Of a stretch of DNA of 64,000 nt, positions 50,907-61,198 are shown one piece after another. The notes beneath the pieces are model-generated. The model saw only the letters and a list, made by a program, of their open reading frames with translations. It had not been told where the DNA came from and did no database searches. The DNA comes from an uncultured Chlamydiae bacterium (GTDB lineage Bacteria; Chlamydiota; Chlamydiia; Chlamydiales; JAJFMA01), in NCBI GenBank assembly GCA_963713615.1, contig CAVQMM010000001.1:544001-608000 (forward strand), given 5' to 3'. Positions within the stretch are counted from its first letter, which is position 1. Every line of letters begins with the position of its first letter. Made by a program: the position numbers and the translations under genes.

Positions 50907-51674
50907 GTGATCCAGATACCTCTGTCCCATCTATGCATAGGAGGACTTCCGATACAGCTAATGACCTTTAAGGATTCTTTGGATAGCGTTTGGTTTGACA
51001 TAAGCATGCGCCCCGTGCGAGTTTTTTTTGTTAATGCCCACTGTGTGACTATTGCTCAAAGCCATAGCGAATATCAAAAAGCGGTGCAACAAGCGGAGTT
51101 TGTTTTTAACGATGGTGCGGGTATTGAGTTGGCTGGGCGCCTATTAGGGACTCCCGTAAAGGAAAACCTTAACGGGACAGACTGGATTCCAGCCTTTTTT
51201 GATCGCCTAAACGCTGACAAGCACCAGCCACGTCGCATTTTTTTCTTGGGAGGAACACCTGAGTTGGTGCAGGCTAGAGGTGGATATTTATCGGAGCGTT
51301 GGCCTAGTATTATTTCCGTAGGCAGTCATCATGGCTATTTTCAGGATGATGCCCCGGTGTTGGAGGCCATCCAAAAGGCTCATCCAGAGGTGTTATTAGT
51401 TTGCATGGGGGTTCCGAAGCAAGAGCTGTTTCTAGAGCGTAACTGGGATATTTTAGTGAATAGTGGTGTTAGGTTGGCTATTGCTGGTGGGGCCATCTTT
51501 GACTTTCTCACTGGAACAGTTCCCCGAGCACCTGATTGGATGCGGAAGGCAAGGTTAGAGTGGCTTTATAGGCTGTGGATTGAACCACGCAGATTGTGGC
51601 GACGTTATCTTGTGGGCTTATTTCCCTTTGCATGGGTGGTAACGAAAGAGTGGGTAAGAAAGGTTCGAAAGTGA
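50907..51674 (+). CDS. WecB/TagA/CpsF glycosyltransferase
   Basis: NGTD, HHGYF, MGVPKQE, RAPDW...EWLYRL..EPRRL. Confidence 0.93.
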   Translation: MIQIPLSHLCIGGLPIQLMTFKDSLDSVWFDISMRPVRVFFVNAHCVTIAQSHSEYQKAVQQAEFVFNDGAGIELAGRLLGTPVKENLNGTDWIPAFFDRLNADKHQPRRIFFLGGTPELVQARGGYLSERWPSIISVGSHHGYFQDDAPVLEAIQKAHPEVLLVCMGVPKQELFLERNWDILVNSGVRLAIAGGAIFDFLTGTVPRAPDWMRKARLEWLYRLWIEPRRLWRRYLVGLFPFAWVVTKEWVRKVRK

Positions 51675-51687
51675 AGAGGTTCATCGC

Positions 51688-53193
51688 ATGATCATTGGTA
51701 ATTTGCCCGCCGGTCCATCGGATCTTGTGCGGCAACTAGTCAATCTCGCAATCAACTGTGGGCGTAGCCTGCAGAGCCCTCAGACGGGATATGTACATTA
51801 TAATTACAGGCAGTTAGATTATTCCACCTACGATACGATCCCGTTATACGAGAATTTTCTGCTTGCTTTGGCCCTCATGCGCGAACGAACCAGCGAGAGT
51901 TTTGCTGAAGGCAAAGCACTGATTGAAAAGCTTCTGTACTTTCAGGTCGCAGATGGGTCAGACTCGGCGGGTAACTTTCCTGTGTATCTTCACGAATATC
52001 CTGTATGTAAGGACCGTAATGTCGCTGCTCACATCCTTCCAATTTGTTACTGGATATTGCGCACGTTTCCTGTTGTATTGGGCCAGGAGTTACGAGAACG
52101 CTTCGAGACTGCTACTCAAAGAATGGTAGAATATTGTCTGCGCTTTAGGGAAACACTATCCTTTGTTAACCAATTAAAAATCGCCATTGCATCAAAGGCT
52201 TTGAATACCTTGTGGGGCAAGGGCAAGGATCAATTGGCCGACAGAATATTGGAGGAACTAGTCCTCCGATCGCAAGCAGAAAATTTTTCCAGTTGGTATG
52301 TCCCCGCAATGGCTGGCGAAGCATTGATGGCTTTGCAAATGATCTACCCAAAGATCGGTGATAGCCCCTGGGCAGCTTTGTGGAAATGGGCTGAAGATAC
52401 CTGGCATGTTCACACAGCATCTTATGTGGGCCCTGGGTATCGCGATTACCAGGCTAAAGAGCAGCCAGAGGTTACTACTTTAGATTTGATCATGGGTTTT
52501 CACACGGGTGTTTATTCCTATCGTACTATGGTCAATAGCCCCAGATTGCTCACCGCTGCTTTGATTCATCCTACCGATGACATTGTGTATTATCCTTCGC
52601 TGCCTCGACATCAGGAGGGCGTTGTGGAGGGAAGGCCATGGTTTATCTCCCAGGACCGCCTTTGGGCTTGCAGTGCATTGAAAAAACACATGGTCGATCC
52701 AAGTCAAGATGGTAGCTATAGCGCCGTACGACTCGTGTGGGGCGACCTCAATTGCGCGCATACTTTTGTATGCCAAGGATGCAATGCGACAGATATTAGT
52801 TTTGTTGCTGTTGAACACGGAGTGGATGTTTTGTTGAAGTTGCCCGAAGAGATTCCCTCAGAGGTGAAGCAACGCAATCGTGAAGTGACGTTTTTCCTCG
52901 ATGCTCATGAAGATGTTTCGTTCATTGTGGGGGAACATGCCGCAGCGAATACTTTTCAGATTGACGAGCCCGTCAAGATCAGTAGTGGGAGTATGAATAT
53001 TGACCTTCGTATGTTTGTGGAGGAGGGGTCCGGCCACTTCTTTGGCCATATTGTGAAAGGTAATAGGCCTTCGCAAAGATACTGCACTGGTGATGGTCGG
53101 TTTAAGACATATGACTGGCAACTCTTCCTGCGCACCGTGGATCGCGAAAAGAATTGCAGCATTCGTGTTGAAATTCGGTTTATGCCGAAATGA
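51688..53193 (+). CDS. Hypothetical protein, 501 aa
   Basis: Long intact ORF within the operon. The N-half is helical and the C-half beta-rich; no family recognised. Confidence 0.75.
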   Translation: MIIGNLPAGPSDLVRQLVNLAINCGRSLQSPQTGYVHYNYRQLDYSTYDTIPLYENFLLALALMRERTSESFAEGKALIEKLLYFQVADGSDSAGNFPVYLHEYPVCKDRNVAAHILPICYWILRTFPVVLGQELRERFETATQRMVEYCLRFRETLSFVNQLKIAIASKALNTLWGKGKDQLADRILEELVLRSQAENFSSWYVPAMAGEALMALQMIYPKIGDSPWAALWKWAEDTWHVHTASYVGPGYRDYQAKEQPEVTTLDLIMGFHTGVYSYRTMVNSPRLLTAALIHPTDDIVYYPSLPRHQEGVVEGRPWFISQDRLWACSALKKHMVDPSQDGSYSAVRLVWGDLNCAHTFVCQGCNATDISFVAVEHGVDVLLKLPEEIPSEVKQRNREVTFFLDAHEDVSFIVGEHAAANTFQIDEPVKISSGSMNIDLRMFVEEGSGHFFGHIVKGNRPSQRYCTGDGRFKTYDWQLFLRTVDREKNCSIRVEIRFMPK

Positions 53194-53205
53194 TATGGGA
53201 GAATA

Positions 53206-54603
53206 GTGGTGAGACTTTCAGAGCGTTTTCAGTTGGCGTTGGGGTCCCATCTTGGGACGGTATTTATCGGCTTAATGGTCCTGCTAGGCCTATTGGCCCT
53301 TATCTATTGGTACTTAGTGATCCGTCAAAAACGCCGCGATTTGCTCGCCTTTCTTAATCGGTCTTATTATCAGAAGGCTACAGAACTGGCTAAAGGGTTC
53401 ACTTTTGTAGGGACCCATAAAGCTGATTTTTTTGGCAGACAGACAGTTGTTAAATGGACTAGTGGAAGCTTTGGTCTCTGCTCCATTCCACCGCCGAATT
53501 ATGTGGATCAAGGTGTCAAAGATCGCCTTCGTTGTTTTCATCATGCTAAAGAGCATCTGTCATTGCCTCTTTTTGTCCCGGTATTGTGGTCTTGCATCGA
53601 CCCTATACTGGCTGTTATCGAAGGTGGCCTGGTCGATTCTCGTGGGCGGTTGTTGCCAAGCCTCCGTCACTACCTTTTAGACGGGAAGCTGGGGGTAACC
53701 TCTAGAGAACAGATCTTACTCGAGCTTGCTCGAGCCCTCGCACGTCTACATGAGCAACGCGCGGAGTTTGGCGGATACTTATATCATGGCTTTCTGCTGC
53801 TGCGGTCATTGTTTTTGGAGCTGGATGCTGATTATCGTGTCGCGCGTTTGCTTGTGGCTAACACAGGCATGGCTTTTGCAATGGGACCTCAGCGTTTTGC
53901 TCAGCTACTTGTTCAGCTTAAGGAAGGACGACTTCCCATAGAAAAATATAGTGCTAATGAGATGCTAGAGCAACTCGCTATGTTGGCGCCTGAGCAACGG
54001 AATCCCCACCGGGTCTCTGAGGTGGGACCTTCTAGCGACTTTTTCTCTTATGGAGCTTTAGCAGTAGCCCTTTTAGGCCAGCAGCGCTTTGCATCAGTCG
54101 AAAAGATTGATTGGGACAAGGTGCCGGAGCGGTGGCGTCCCTTTCTAAAGGCTTGTCTCTGTACTGAACCTGGGCAACGGCCACAGGACTTTCACGAATT
54201 AGAGGATTGGTTGGACGATCCTGAGCTGGCCCTCACCTATACTCATAGTGCCGCGGAACCCGCCATGCCTGGGCTAGAAGAGAAGCATAGTGCCAATCTT
54301 TTAACGGATATGTTAAAGCGTGCTCATGTTGTAAGTCCCGCAAGGCCCAATAGCGATGAACTAGAACGCTATCTTGCTGAGGGGCTAAAGGCAATCAAGG
54401 GCGAGAAGTGGCATGTAGCGCGCACAAGTTTTCAAAAGGTGATTAAGATCGATGGTTGCCATGCAGTGGCTCATGTCAATATGGCTATTGCTTGCTACCA
54501 ACTGGGAAACCGTCGTGAAGCTGAAGTCCACTATGATGCCGCTAAGAAGGCAGACCCGCTGGTAGCTAAGGGCTTTCGACAGCACCTAGCCTTCCGTCTG
54601 TAA
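53206..54603 (+). CDS. Membrane-anchored kinase-like protein with C-terminal TPRs
   Basis: TM, LARALARLH..YHG, LAPEQ, SDFFSYG, ACLCTEPGQRP, then TPR AHVNMAIACYQLGN. Confidence 0.75.
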   Translation: MVRLSERFQLALGSHLGTVFIGLMVLLGLLALIYWYLVIRQKRRDLLAFLNRSYYQKATELAKGFTFVGTHKADFFGRQTVVKWTSGSFGLCSIPPPNYVDQGVKDRLRCFHHAKEHLSLPLFVPVLWSCIDPILAVIEGGLVDSRGRLLPSLRHYLLDGKLGVTSREQILLELARALARLHEQRAEFGGYLYHGFLLLRSLFLELDADYRVARLLVANTGMAFAMGPQRFAQLLVQLKEGRLPIEKYSANEMLEQLAMLAPEQRNPHRVSEVGPSSDFFSYGALAVALLGQQRFASVEKIDWDKVPERWRPFLKACLCTEPGQRPQDFHELEDWLDDPELALTYTHSAAEPAMPGLEEKHSANLLTDMLKRAHVVSPARPNSDELERYLAEGLKAIKGEKWHVARTSFQKVIKIDGCHAVAHVNMAIACYQLGNRREAEVHYDAAKKADPLVAKGFRQHLAFRL

Positions 54604-54886
54604 AGGACTAAAAGGACCAAAGAGACATAAAGGATTTGTAAGCATTTGCCTTCTGAGTCCTTTAGAGGTAATTGCAGAAGTCCGATTTTCCGAAGTCAAT
54701 TTCCTGAAAATCGGATGCCGGTGAAGAGAGAGCCATTCCCTTCCCAGGCCCGAAGGGTCGATATTGCAACAGGCCATGGCATCGCCACATAGGCCTCAAC
54801 CTAAGCCTAACAATCGTATCTCGGCGCGCAGCGCTTTGGAGTGCGGTCGCTTGCGACGTAAGCGTCAATTGAGGCCATCTGGCGAT

Positions 54887-56431
54887 TTATTCGGCAGTGG
54901 GGGCTGATGAGGTGGATGAGGCCTTTGCTTGTCGCCTGGCGGCAGCCCAAGCGTCGGGCAGAAGCTCGTGAAGTTTTTGAGAATTATGGGCTGGCAGGCG
55001 CCTCATCACATCCTCTAGGTATTCGTGGGGGTTGACTCCTATCGCGCGGCAGGTCTGTACCAGGCTTAGCAGTACGGCGGAAGCTTCCCCACCCTCCTCG
55101 CTTCCAATAAACATCCAGTTCTTGCGGCCAATAGCTAGAGGGCGTATCGCTCGCTCCGCTACATTGTTGTCGAGACGCGCAAATGCATGTTGGGTGTAGT
55201 TTTTCAGATGGGGAATTAAGCTGCAATAATAGCCTAGAGCCTCCCTTAGATTCGATTTGGGAAGAGCCTTGCCATTAACCAGCCGGTCCTTGATGCGTGC
55301 AGTCAGCTCATCTATTATTGGAGCTTCTTTCTCTTGTCTTATCCGCAGACGTTCCTCTGGAGAACGTTCCCAAGCAACTCTCTCTAACATAAATAGATAT
55401 TTTATCTTGCGCAGTACCCAGCTAACAAATTTTTTATCGCCACCTACAGCGTCGAAAAACTTGCGCCGAATGTGACTCCAGCATGGACACCAAGTGAATT
55501 GCTTCTTATTAGCCAGTGCTTCATAGGCTCCATATTTATCCGAATGGACAACACCTTTATATCCAGCTAGTATTTCCACAGCATGCTTGTGGCAGCGGTC
55601 CGTGCGAAAATGATAGACTCGATAAGGCGGATTTTTTTCCTGCCCTCCAACGATCACCCACATAAAAGCCTGGTGCACCTTTCCCTTACCAGGGACAAGC
55701 ATGTCCACAGGAGATTCGTCCACAAAAACATTGTTGCTGCTGAGCACGCGAGCAATCATTTCTTCATATAGCGCCTTTAAGGCATATCCACAGCGCATTA
55801 CCCACTTGCAAAGTATTTGTCGGCTGATGAGAATGCCCTCGCGAGCTAAGATTTCCGATTGACGAAATAAAGGAAGGTGATCGGCGAATTTTTTCACGAT
55901 CACACTGGCTAAAAGACTTTCATCGGCTTGACAGCGAGGAAAAATGCTATCTGGTAAATCTGCGATAAAAACGCCCTCTTCACTATGTGCTCTACATGCA
56001 TACTTGGGACGTACTAGCTCCTTGACGTAGTAGCTACCTGGCGTATGCGCTATTTTGTGAGTGACTTCTTCGCCAATTTTGACGAGGGCTTCACCCGTTG
56101 TAGGGCAAACTTTTTGATCCTCTGGCAAATCTAAAATACAGCGTTGAACGGGAATATTGTCTGGAAGCGTAATTTTATCTTTGCCATTGCGCCCCTGCTT
56201 AACCCGTCGATGAGCAGGCACATTTATTGTCTCTTTTTGCTCTTCGGAACCAAGATTTTCGAAACCTTCCAGGTAGAGTTGTTGACCGCCATCGTCGACT
56301 ACTTTTTCCGAACGTTTCCCAAAAATCTGACGCCTAAACCATTCAAGCTGCTCCTTGAGAAAGCTATTCTCATTTCGCAGGGAATAAATTTCCGATTGAA
56401 GCTGTTCTAGTGATAGTGTTGAGGTTTCCAT
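54887..56431 (-). CDS. tnpC: IS66 DDE transposase TnpC
   Basis: FGKRSEK, KFADHLPLFRQ, VDESP, CWSHIRRKF, DNNVAERAIR..GRKNWMF. Confidence 0.96.
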   Translation of the reverse strand: METSTLSLEQLQSEIYSLRNENSFLKEQLEWFRRQIFGKRSEKVVDDGGQQLYLEGFENLGSEEQKETINVPAHRRVKQGRNGKDKITLPDNIPVQRCILDLPEDQKVCPTTGEALVKIGEEVTHKIAHTPGSYYVKELVRPKYACRAHSEEGVFIADLPDSIFPRCQADESLLASVIVKKFADHLPLFRQSEILAREGILISRQILCKWVMRCGYALKALYEEMIARVLSSNNVFVDESPVDMLVPGKGKVHQAFMWVIVGGQEKNPPYRVYHFRTDRCHKHAVEILAGYKGVVHSDKYGAYEALANKKQFTWCPCWSHIRRKFFDAVGGDKKFVSWVLRKIKYLFMLERVAWERSPEERLRIRQEKEAPIIDELTARIKDRLVNGKALPKSNLREALGYYCSLIPHLKNYTQHAFARLDNNVAERAIRPLAIGRKNWMFIGSEEGGEASAVLLSLVQTCRAIGVNPHEYLEDVMRRLPAHNSQKLHELLPDAWAAARRQAKASSTSSAPTAE

Positions 56432-56513
56432 ATGCTCTAAATCATATCACAGACCCCCTCTATTATCAAGTATTTTATCTAATAAAATGCACATTGTTTT
56501 TAGGATTTTAGGC

Positions 56514-57095
56514 TCAATGACTACTCTCCAACAACATTAGAAATTCTCGACGATCGATAGCGGAATCTGGAATGCTTCCATTGCGAAAACTTCCTTTTTC
56601 AAGTCGCTTGTACCAGACGGCATGACCATTACCATCCCAGTAAAAGACCTTCACTAGATTTCTACGACGATTTAAAAAAACGAAGTAGGCCCCGCAGGTA
56701 AATTCGCCCGAGAACGAACTGTCAACAAGATTGCTCAAGCACTCAAATCCCTTTCGCATATCGATCGGCTCTTGATAGAGAAAGACACCCTTGTTTTTCT
56801 GATATGACGACCTCAGAGTTTTGCTCGCAGACTTTAGGGTTAGATAGACGCTCTTCTGATCAAGCGAAAGCTTGAGCTCGGGCAGGGTAATGTCTATCCA
56901 ACCCGTCGAGGAAATGTGGTCGGGCGGGCTAACTTTAAAGCGTTGGTACCAGTACAAGAGCTGCTGGTAGCTTATATTGTTCTCTAGGCACCACCTGCGG
57001 CCACTCTGACCGCTCGCCATCCATTGGTCTATGCGTCGAGCCCACTCAGAACGCTTCCTTTTGAAATCCATTAGTATCTCCATGGTTAGGGTCAT
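56514..57095 (-). CDS. IS66 accessory protein, fused TnpA (HTH)-TnpB
   Basis: The N-half W..SGQSGRRWC.ENNIS..LLYW is TnpA-like. The C-half PIDMRKGF..YFVFLNRRR..VKVFYWDGNG..YKRLEKGSF is IS66 TnpB. Confidence 0.85.
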   Translation of the reverse strand: MTLTMEILMDFKRKRSEWARRIDQWMASGQSGRRWCLENNISYQQLLYWYQRFKVSPPDHISSTGWIDITLPELKLSLDQKSVYLTLKSASKTLRSSYQKNKGVFLYQEPIDMRKGFECLSNLVDSSFSGEFTCGAYFVFLNRRRNLVKVFYWDGNGHAVWYKRLEKGSFRNGSIPDSAIDRREFLMLLESSH

Positions 57096-57787
57096 GGAGA
57101 AAACTTAGAACCTCGCGGAATTACGAAAAAGGTGGCTTCAATTGACGCTTACCTTGCGACCGCTTTGGGTTCCTTGCGACGGTCGTGTGCAACGGCATTA
57201 CTATAATTCCCTAAGGGTAAAATAGTTAGTACATGCAGCCTTCGACGAATCCATACAATGCCGTTTAGCATTGCCGTCCCAAGGAACGAAAAGCGGTCGC
57301 AAGCGACCGCACTCCAAAGCGCTGCGCGCCGAGATACGATTGTGAAGTCCTAAGTCATTGAGATATAAGCTCAAAAGACCTGTTAGGTTGAGGCCTATGT
57401 GGCATCGCCATGGTATATGCCAGGAAGGGATTTCGCAGCCTGTAGGGCTGCCATAAGGCGCTTGTATAAATAGCGTGTGAATACTGACGTCTTATGGCAG
57501 TCCTTCAGACTGCGAACCACGTTTTGGCATATACCATGGCGATGCCATGGCCTGTTGCAATATCGACCCTTCGGGCCTGGAAAGGGATAAAAGCCTGTCT
57601 CTCCAGACTAGATAGTGCCATGCCATTTGAGCTTTCCAGAATCGCCTTCTCGCAAAAAAAGGTAACCTTTTTTCCTAAGAATCGATCCTTAAGGGCTCAA
57701 ATAATTTTGCAATTACCTCTTTATGTCCTTTTCGTCGCTTTGGTCCTTTCAGTCCATCCAAGAGCGACCGCACTCTAATAGTTGTCC

Positions 57788-58720
57788 TTAGGGGGCAGCG
57801 GTTTGGACCTCTTGAGCTGCTTCAGGTTGCAGAGATTTGCTGTCGAGAGCACAACCCATTGTGTGGAGGCCGTTATCGACAAAGAGGAGAGTACCGGTAA
57901 TGGCGGAAGCTAATGGAGACAGTAGGAACACGGCAGCATTAGCGATTTCCTCCGCTTCAAGAGATTTTGTAAGCGGTGCATTGACTTCAGCGTAATCGAT
58001 CATCTTGTCGATGAAGCCAATAGCTTTGGCGGCACGGCTTCGCAAAGCGCCTGCGGAGATGACGTTAACACGAATACCCCACTTACGCCCCGCTTCAAAG
58101 GCTAGTGTTTGAGTATCACTTTCGAGAGCAGCCTTCGCCGAACTCATGCCTCCACCATAGCCTGGAATGACTTTTTGAGAAGCTATATATGTTAGGGATA
58201 ATGCTGAACCACCTTCATTGATGATGGGTCCAAGGTATCTAAGTAGGCTGATGAAGGAGTAACTTGAAGAGCTTAGTGCTGAGAGGTAACCTTCACGGCT
58301 TGTTTCTAGCAGGGGTTTTTGTACCTCAGGGGCATTCGCTAGCGAATGGACAAAGATGTCTATCGATCCAAAATCGTTCTCGATTGCTGCAGCCACTTCA
58401 GAAATGGTATAGCCCTGAACTTCTTTATAACGCTTATTTTCGGAGATATCAGCAGGGACATCGGCAGGAGTGTCATAGGCGGCGTCTAATGGATAGATTT
58501 TTGCAAATTCCAACATTCCGCCATTGCTTAATTGGCGTGAGGCGTCAAACTTGCCATTTTCCAATGCCATGGTAAACATTTTTAGGAGGGGAGTCCACGT
58601 GCCTATGATAATCTCAGCTCCAGCTTCAGCAAGGGCTTTGGCAATGGCCCAGCCGAATCCTTTGTCGTCGCCGATACCTGCTACGAAGGCTCTCTTTCCT
58701 TTTAGATCAAACTGAAGCAT
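57788..58720 (-). CDS. fabI: Enoyl-ACP reductase (chlamydial/plant type)
   Basis: [41 protein letters not shown]. Confidence 0.96.
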   Translation of the reverse strand: MLQFDLKGKRAFVAGIGDDKGFGWAIAKALAEAGAEIIIGTWTPLLKMFTMALENGKFDASRQLSNGGMLEFAKIYPLDAAYDTPADVPADISENKRYKEVQGYTISEVAAAIENDFGSIDIFVHSLANAPEVQKPLLETSREGYLSALSSSSYSFISLLRYLGPIINEGGSALSLTYIASQKVIPGYGGGMSSAKAALESDTQTLAFEAGRKWGIRVNVISAGALRSRAAKAIGFIDKMIDYAEVNAPLTKSLEAEEIANAAVFLLSPLASAITGTLLFVDNGLHTMGCALDSKSLQPEAAQEVQTAAP

Positions 58721-58823
58721 TGAATACCGTCCTGTTCATCTATGTTGAAAAGGACTTTATAACAAACTACGGAGAAAATTGCCAATAGCTTGTGGAGTTG
58801 TGGAGTTGCACTACGCGCGGCAT

Positions 58824-61010
58824 TTATATCACATGCGATACAGCTGTCTCGGAGGGGGTAGTGCTGGAAAGAAAAGATGAAGATGACCCAAGCGGTGGAA
58901 TGCTGGGCGGTTGGTGCTGCAACCTCGCTACGGTACTTTGAAGATCTTTGATGGCTGATGAAAGATGCGCCAACGCAGTATGAAACTGTCTAATTGATGC
59001 GGTGCTTTGCTGTGCTGCCTCGCTGAGCTCCTCAATTGAGTCAGTGATTTGCTTAGCGCCCGCGCTCTGTGTCTCCATGCCTTGGTTTACCGATTCAAAG
59101 CTAGCCGTTTGCTGTTGTACCTGCGCTATGATTTTCGTCAGTAGGCCACTAATGGTATTGGCTTGTTTGACGCCTTGGCGGATATCCTCGGAGAATTTTG
59201 CCACTCCTTCCACACTGGTGGAAACGGCGGAGACCATTTGGTGAACAACTTTTTCAATGTCCAATGTCGCAAAGGCCGTTTGATCAGCCAGCCGTCGAAT
59301 TTCAGTTGCGATAACCCCGAAGCTACCGCCTTTGGCCCCAAGCTTATGAGCTTCGATAGCAGCATTAAGCGAAAGAAGATTGGTACGGTCAGCAACCTTT
59401 GTGATGGTAGTGATAACGCCGGTGATGACACCAGTCTTTTCGTTCAGGCTAGACAGTTTATCAGCTATTTCCGTGGTGGCATCTACAAGCTGTTTCATGA
59501 TATTTTTCAGCTTAGCGAGTCCTTCCTTACCGGTGGCTGCTAGCGTGGACGTTTCTTCAGCAGCATGTGTCACCTCGTGAATGTAATTGGCAAATTCACT
59601 CGCTGTAGCAGAAATCTCTTTGGCCGTGACCGCGATCTCTTTGGTTGCTGTTTCTTGCTGTACGATAGTGGTTTCCTGTTCCTTAGCAGCGGCAGCGATT
59701 TCTGTCGTCGTCGTCGTAAGCTGGACACCGGCCCTTTGCAGATTTTCTAGAACTTCCTCGATCGAGATAGCCATTTTGTTTAAAGCCATCCCCACCTGTG
59801 CAATTTCATCATGTTGCGTCACATCGACCCTCACACCCAAATTGCCTTTGGCAAGATGATTGGCGGTGGCTACCAGCTTACGCAAGGGTGACAGCATCGC
59901 TCGCAATAGGACAAAGGAGCTTATAAATGCCACTAGAGCGATCGTCATCGAATAGACTAGGGTCATGAGACGCTGATGCTTGGTCATTTCATAGGTTTCT
60001 AGAAGGATCCGATCCAACTGCTCTGCTCCGAGCTCGGAAAATTGATATGTCTCACTAAGAGCTCTGGTACTGCTGACCATTAGAGTACCAGCCGGAATGG
60101 TGATTGTATTCCCATCAAGAATGTTTCTTTTGACGATGGCTAGAAAATCCGTGATAGCGGTGGAGAGGCTAGCCATAGGCTCTTCTAGCGCTGCTTTAAG
60201 TTCGAGGTCATCGAAAGTGTTTTTGCGTGCTTGAGCAGCTTTCCAGAGCGATGAAGTCACATGATCGAGAAAATGTTCGGTGAGTGCGATATGGCCTATC
60301 AAATCCGTTTTGTCTACTGGTGCCAAGGCCTTTTTTGCCGCAGCCCTTTCAGTGGTTGAGGCCACATACATTAATTCCTGCTGTAACTCTGGCATGGAGA
60401 TAAAGATAATATACGATAGATAGAAGCCGGCGCTTTCGGTTGTTAGAACGATAGTAGAGGCATCTCCAGCTAAGGCTGAGAGCGTTCGCAAATTGGTGAT
60501 AAGTTGATTATGTTGTTGAAAGTTAGCATCCGGTGTTAGGCTTTTATAACTGTCTTGAAGGGCGCCCCATTCTTGCTTAAGCTTGGTTGGTGTCCAATTA
60601 CTCTGATGCCACTCGGTGATAAAATTTTTCTCTGAAAAAAGGAGAGGGCCAATCACTCTATCGTTTTCTTCAAGCTCATTGAAAGTTTCAGAGATTTGTT
60701 GCTCTTCGTGAGCCAAAACATTTTCCAGGGAGGTATCGCCCATCAGGAAGCGCTGGCTAGTCTGTTGATGTTCAGTAAGGTACTTTATCAGTGTGGTGAT
60801 GGGCCGTACATACCGTACTCCTAGCAAGGCATTATATGCGGTGGCCGCGGCGTCGGTCTCTTCACGTACGGTGACGAAAGTCATCGTTCCCATGCTGAGG
60901 GCGAACAAAAGACAAATGACCCCAAACTTCTGAACAAAGGAAAGCCGATTGATCAGCTTTCTCTTGATTCGCGGAGGCTTGTCTTGTGGTGAAGGCTTGT
61001 CTTTAACCAT
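58824..61010 (-). CDS. Methyl-accepting chemotaxis protein (2 TM, HAMP, MA domain)
   Basis: VADRTNLLSLNAAIEA..GSFGVIATEIRRLADQT and HAMP DEIAQV..ALNKM. Confidence 0.92.
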   Translation of the reverse strand: MVKDKPSPQDKPPRIKRKLINRLSFVQKFGVICLLFALSMGTMTFVTVREETDAAATAYNALLGVRYVRPITTLIKYLTEHQQTSQRFLMGDTSLENVLAHEEQQISETFNELEENDRVIGPLLFSEKNFITEWHQSNWTPTKLKQEWGALQDSYKSLTPDANFQQHNQLITNLRTLSALAGDASTIVLTTESAGFYLSYIIFISMPELQQELMYVASTTERAAAKKALAPVDKTDLIGHIALTEHFLDHVTSSLWKAAQARKNTFDDLELKAALEEPMASLSTAITDFLAIVKRNILDGNTITIPAGTLMVSSTRALSETYQFSELGAEQLDRILLETYEMTKHQRLMTLVYSMTIALVAFISSFVLLRAMLSPLRKLVATANHLAKGNLGVRVDVTQHDEIAQVGMALNKMAISIEEVLENLQRAGVQLTTTTTEIAAAAKEQETTIVQQETATKEIAVTAKEISATASEFANYIHEVTHAAEETSTLAATGKEGLAKLKNIMKQLVDATTEIADKLSSLNEKTGVITGVITTITKVADRTNLLSLNAAIEAHKLGAKGGSFGVIATEIRRLADQTAFATLDIEKVVHQMVSAVSTSVEGVAKFSEDIRQGVKQANTISGLLTKIIAQVQQQTASFESVNQGMETQSAGAKQITDSIEELSEAAQQSTASIRQFHTALAHLSSAIKDLQSTVARLQHQPPSIPPLGSSSSFLSSTTPSETAVSHVI

Positions 61011-61198
61011 GGTACTCTCGATTACCAGTTCTCATTCAGATGCATAAGCGCTTGGTTCTTCAAAAGCAAGAAATTCGTGAGAATTTCTAACGCAAAGGCG
61101 CCAGGAAGAGCTCACTTTCGTGCTTGGTATAAATCCTCTTCCACCAAAACTTAGAAACACACTACACTACAAGTGCTACAAAGAGAGGGGATTTCACT

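Larger units (their letters stand above)
54858..57152 (-). mobile_element. IS66-family insertion sequence, 2295 bp
   Basis: TIR GTAAGCGTCAATTGA(G/A)GCCA at both ends. 8-bp TSD CTTGCGAC at 54850-54857 and 57153-57160. Confidence 0.95.
54665..57719. mobile_element. Nested-palindrome MITE, copy 2, interrupted by IS66
   Basis: Same TIRs as 9949-10797, with TSD TTTA at 54661-54664 and 57720-57723. Confidence 0.88.

Noticed and set aside
56514..57095. TnpB as an RNA-guided nuclease
   Set aside because: This is the unrelated IS66 accessory TnpB; there are no RuvC or zinc-finger motifs of IS200/605 TnpB.
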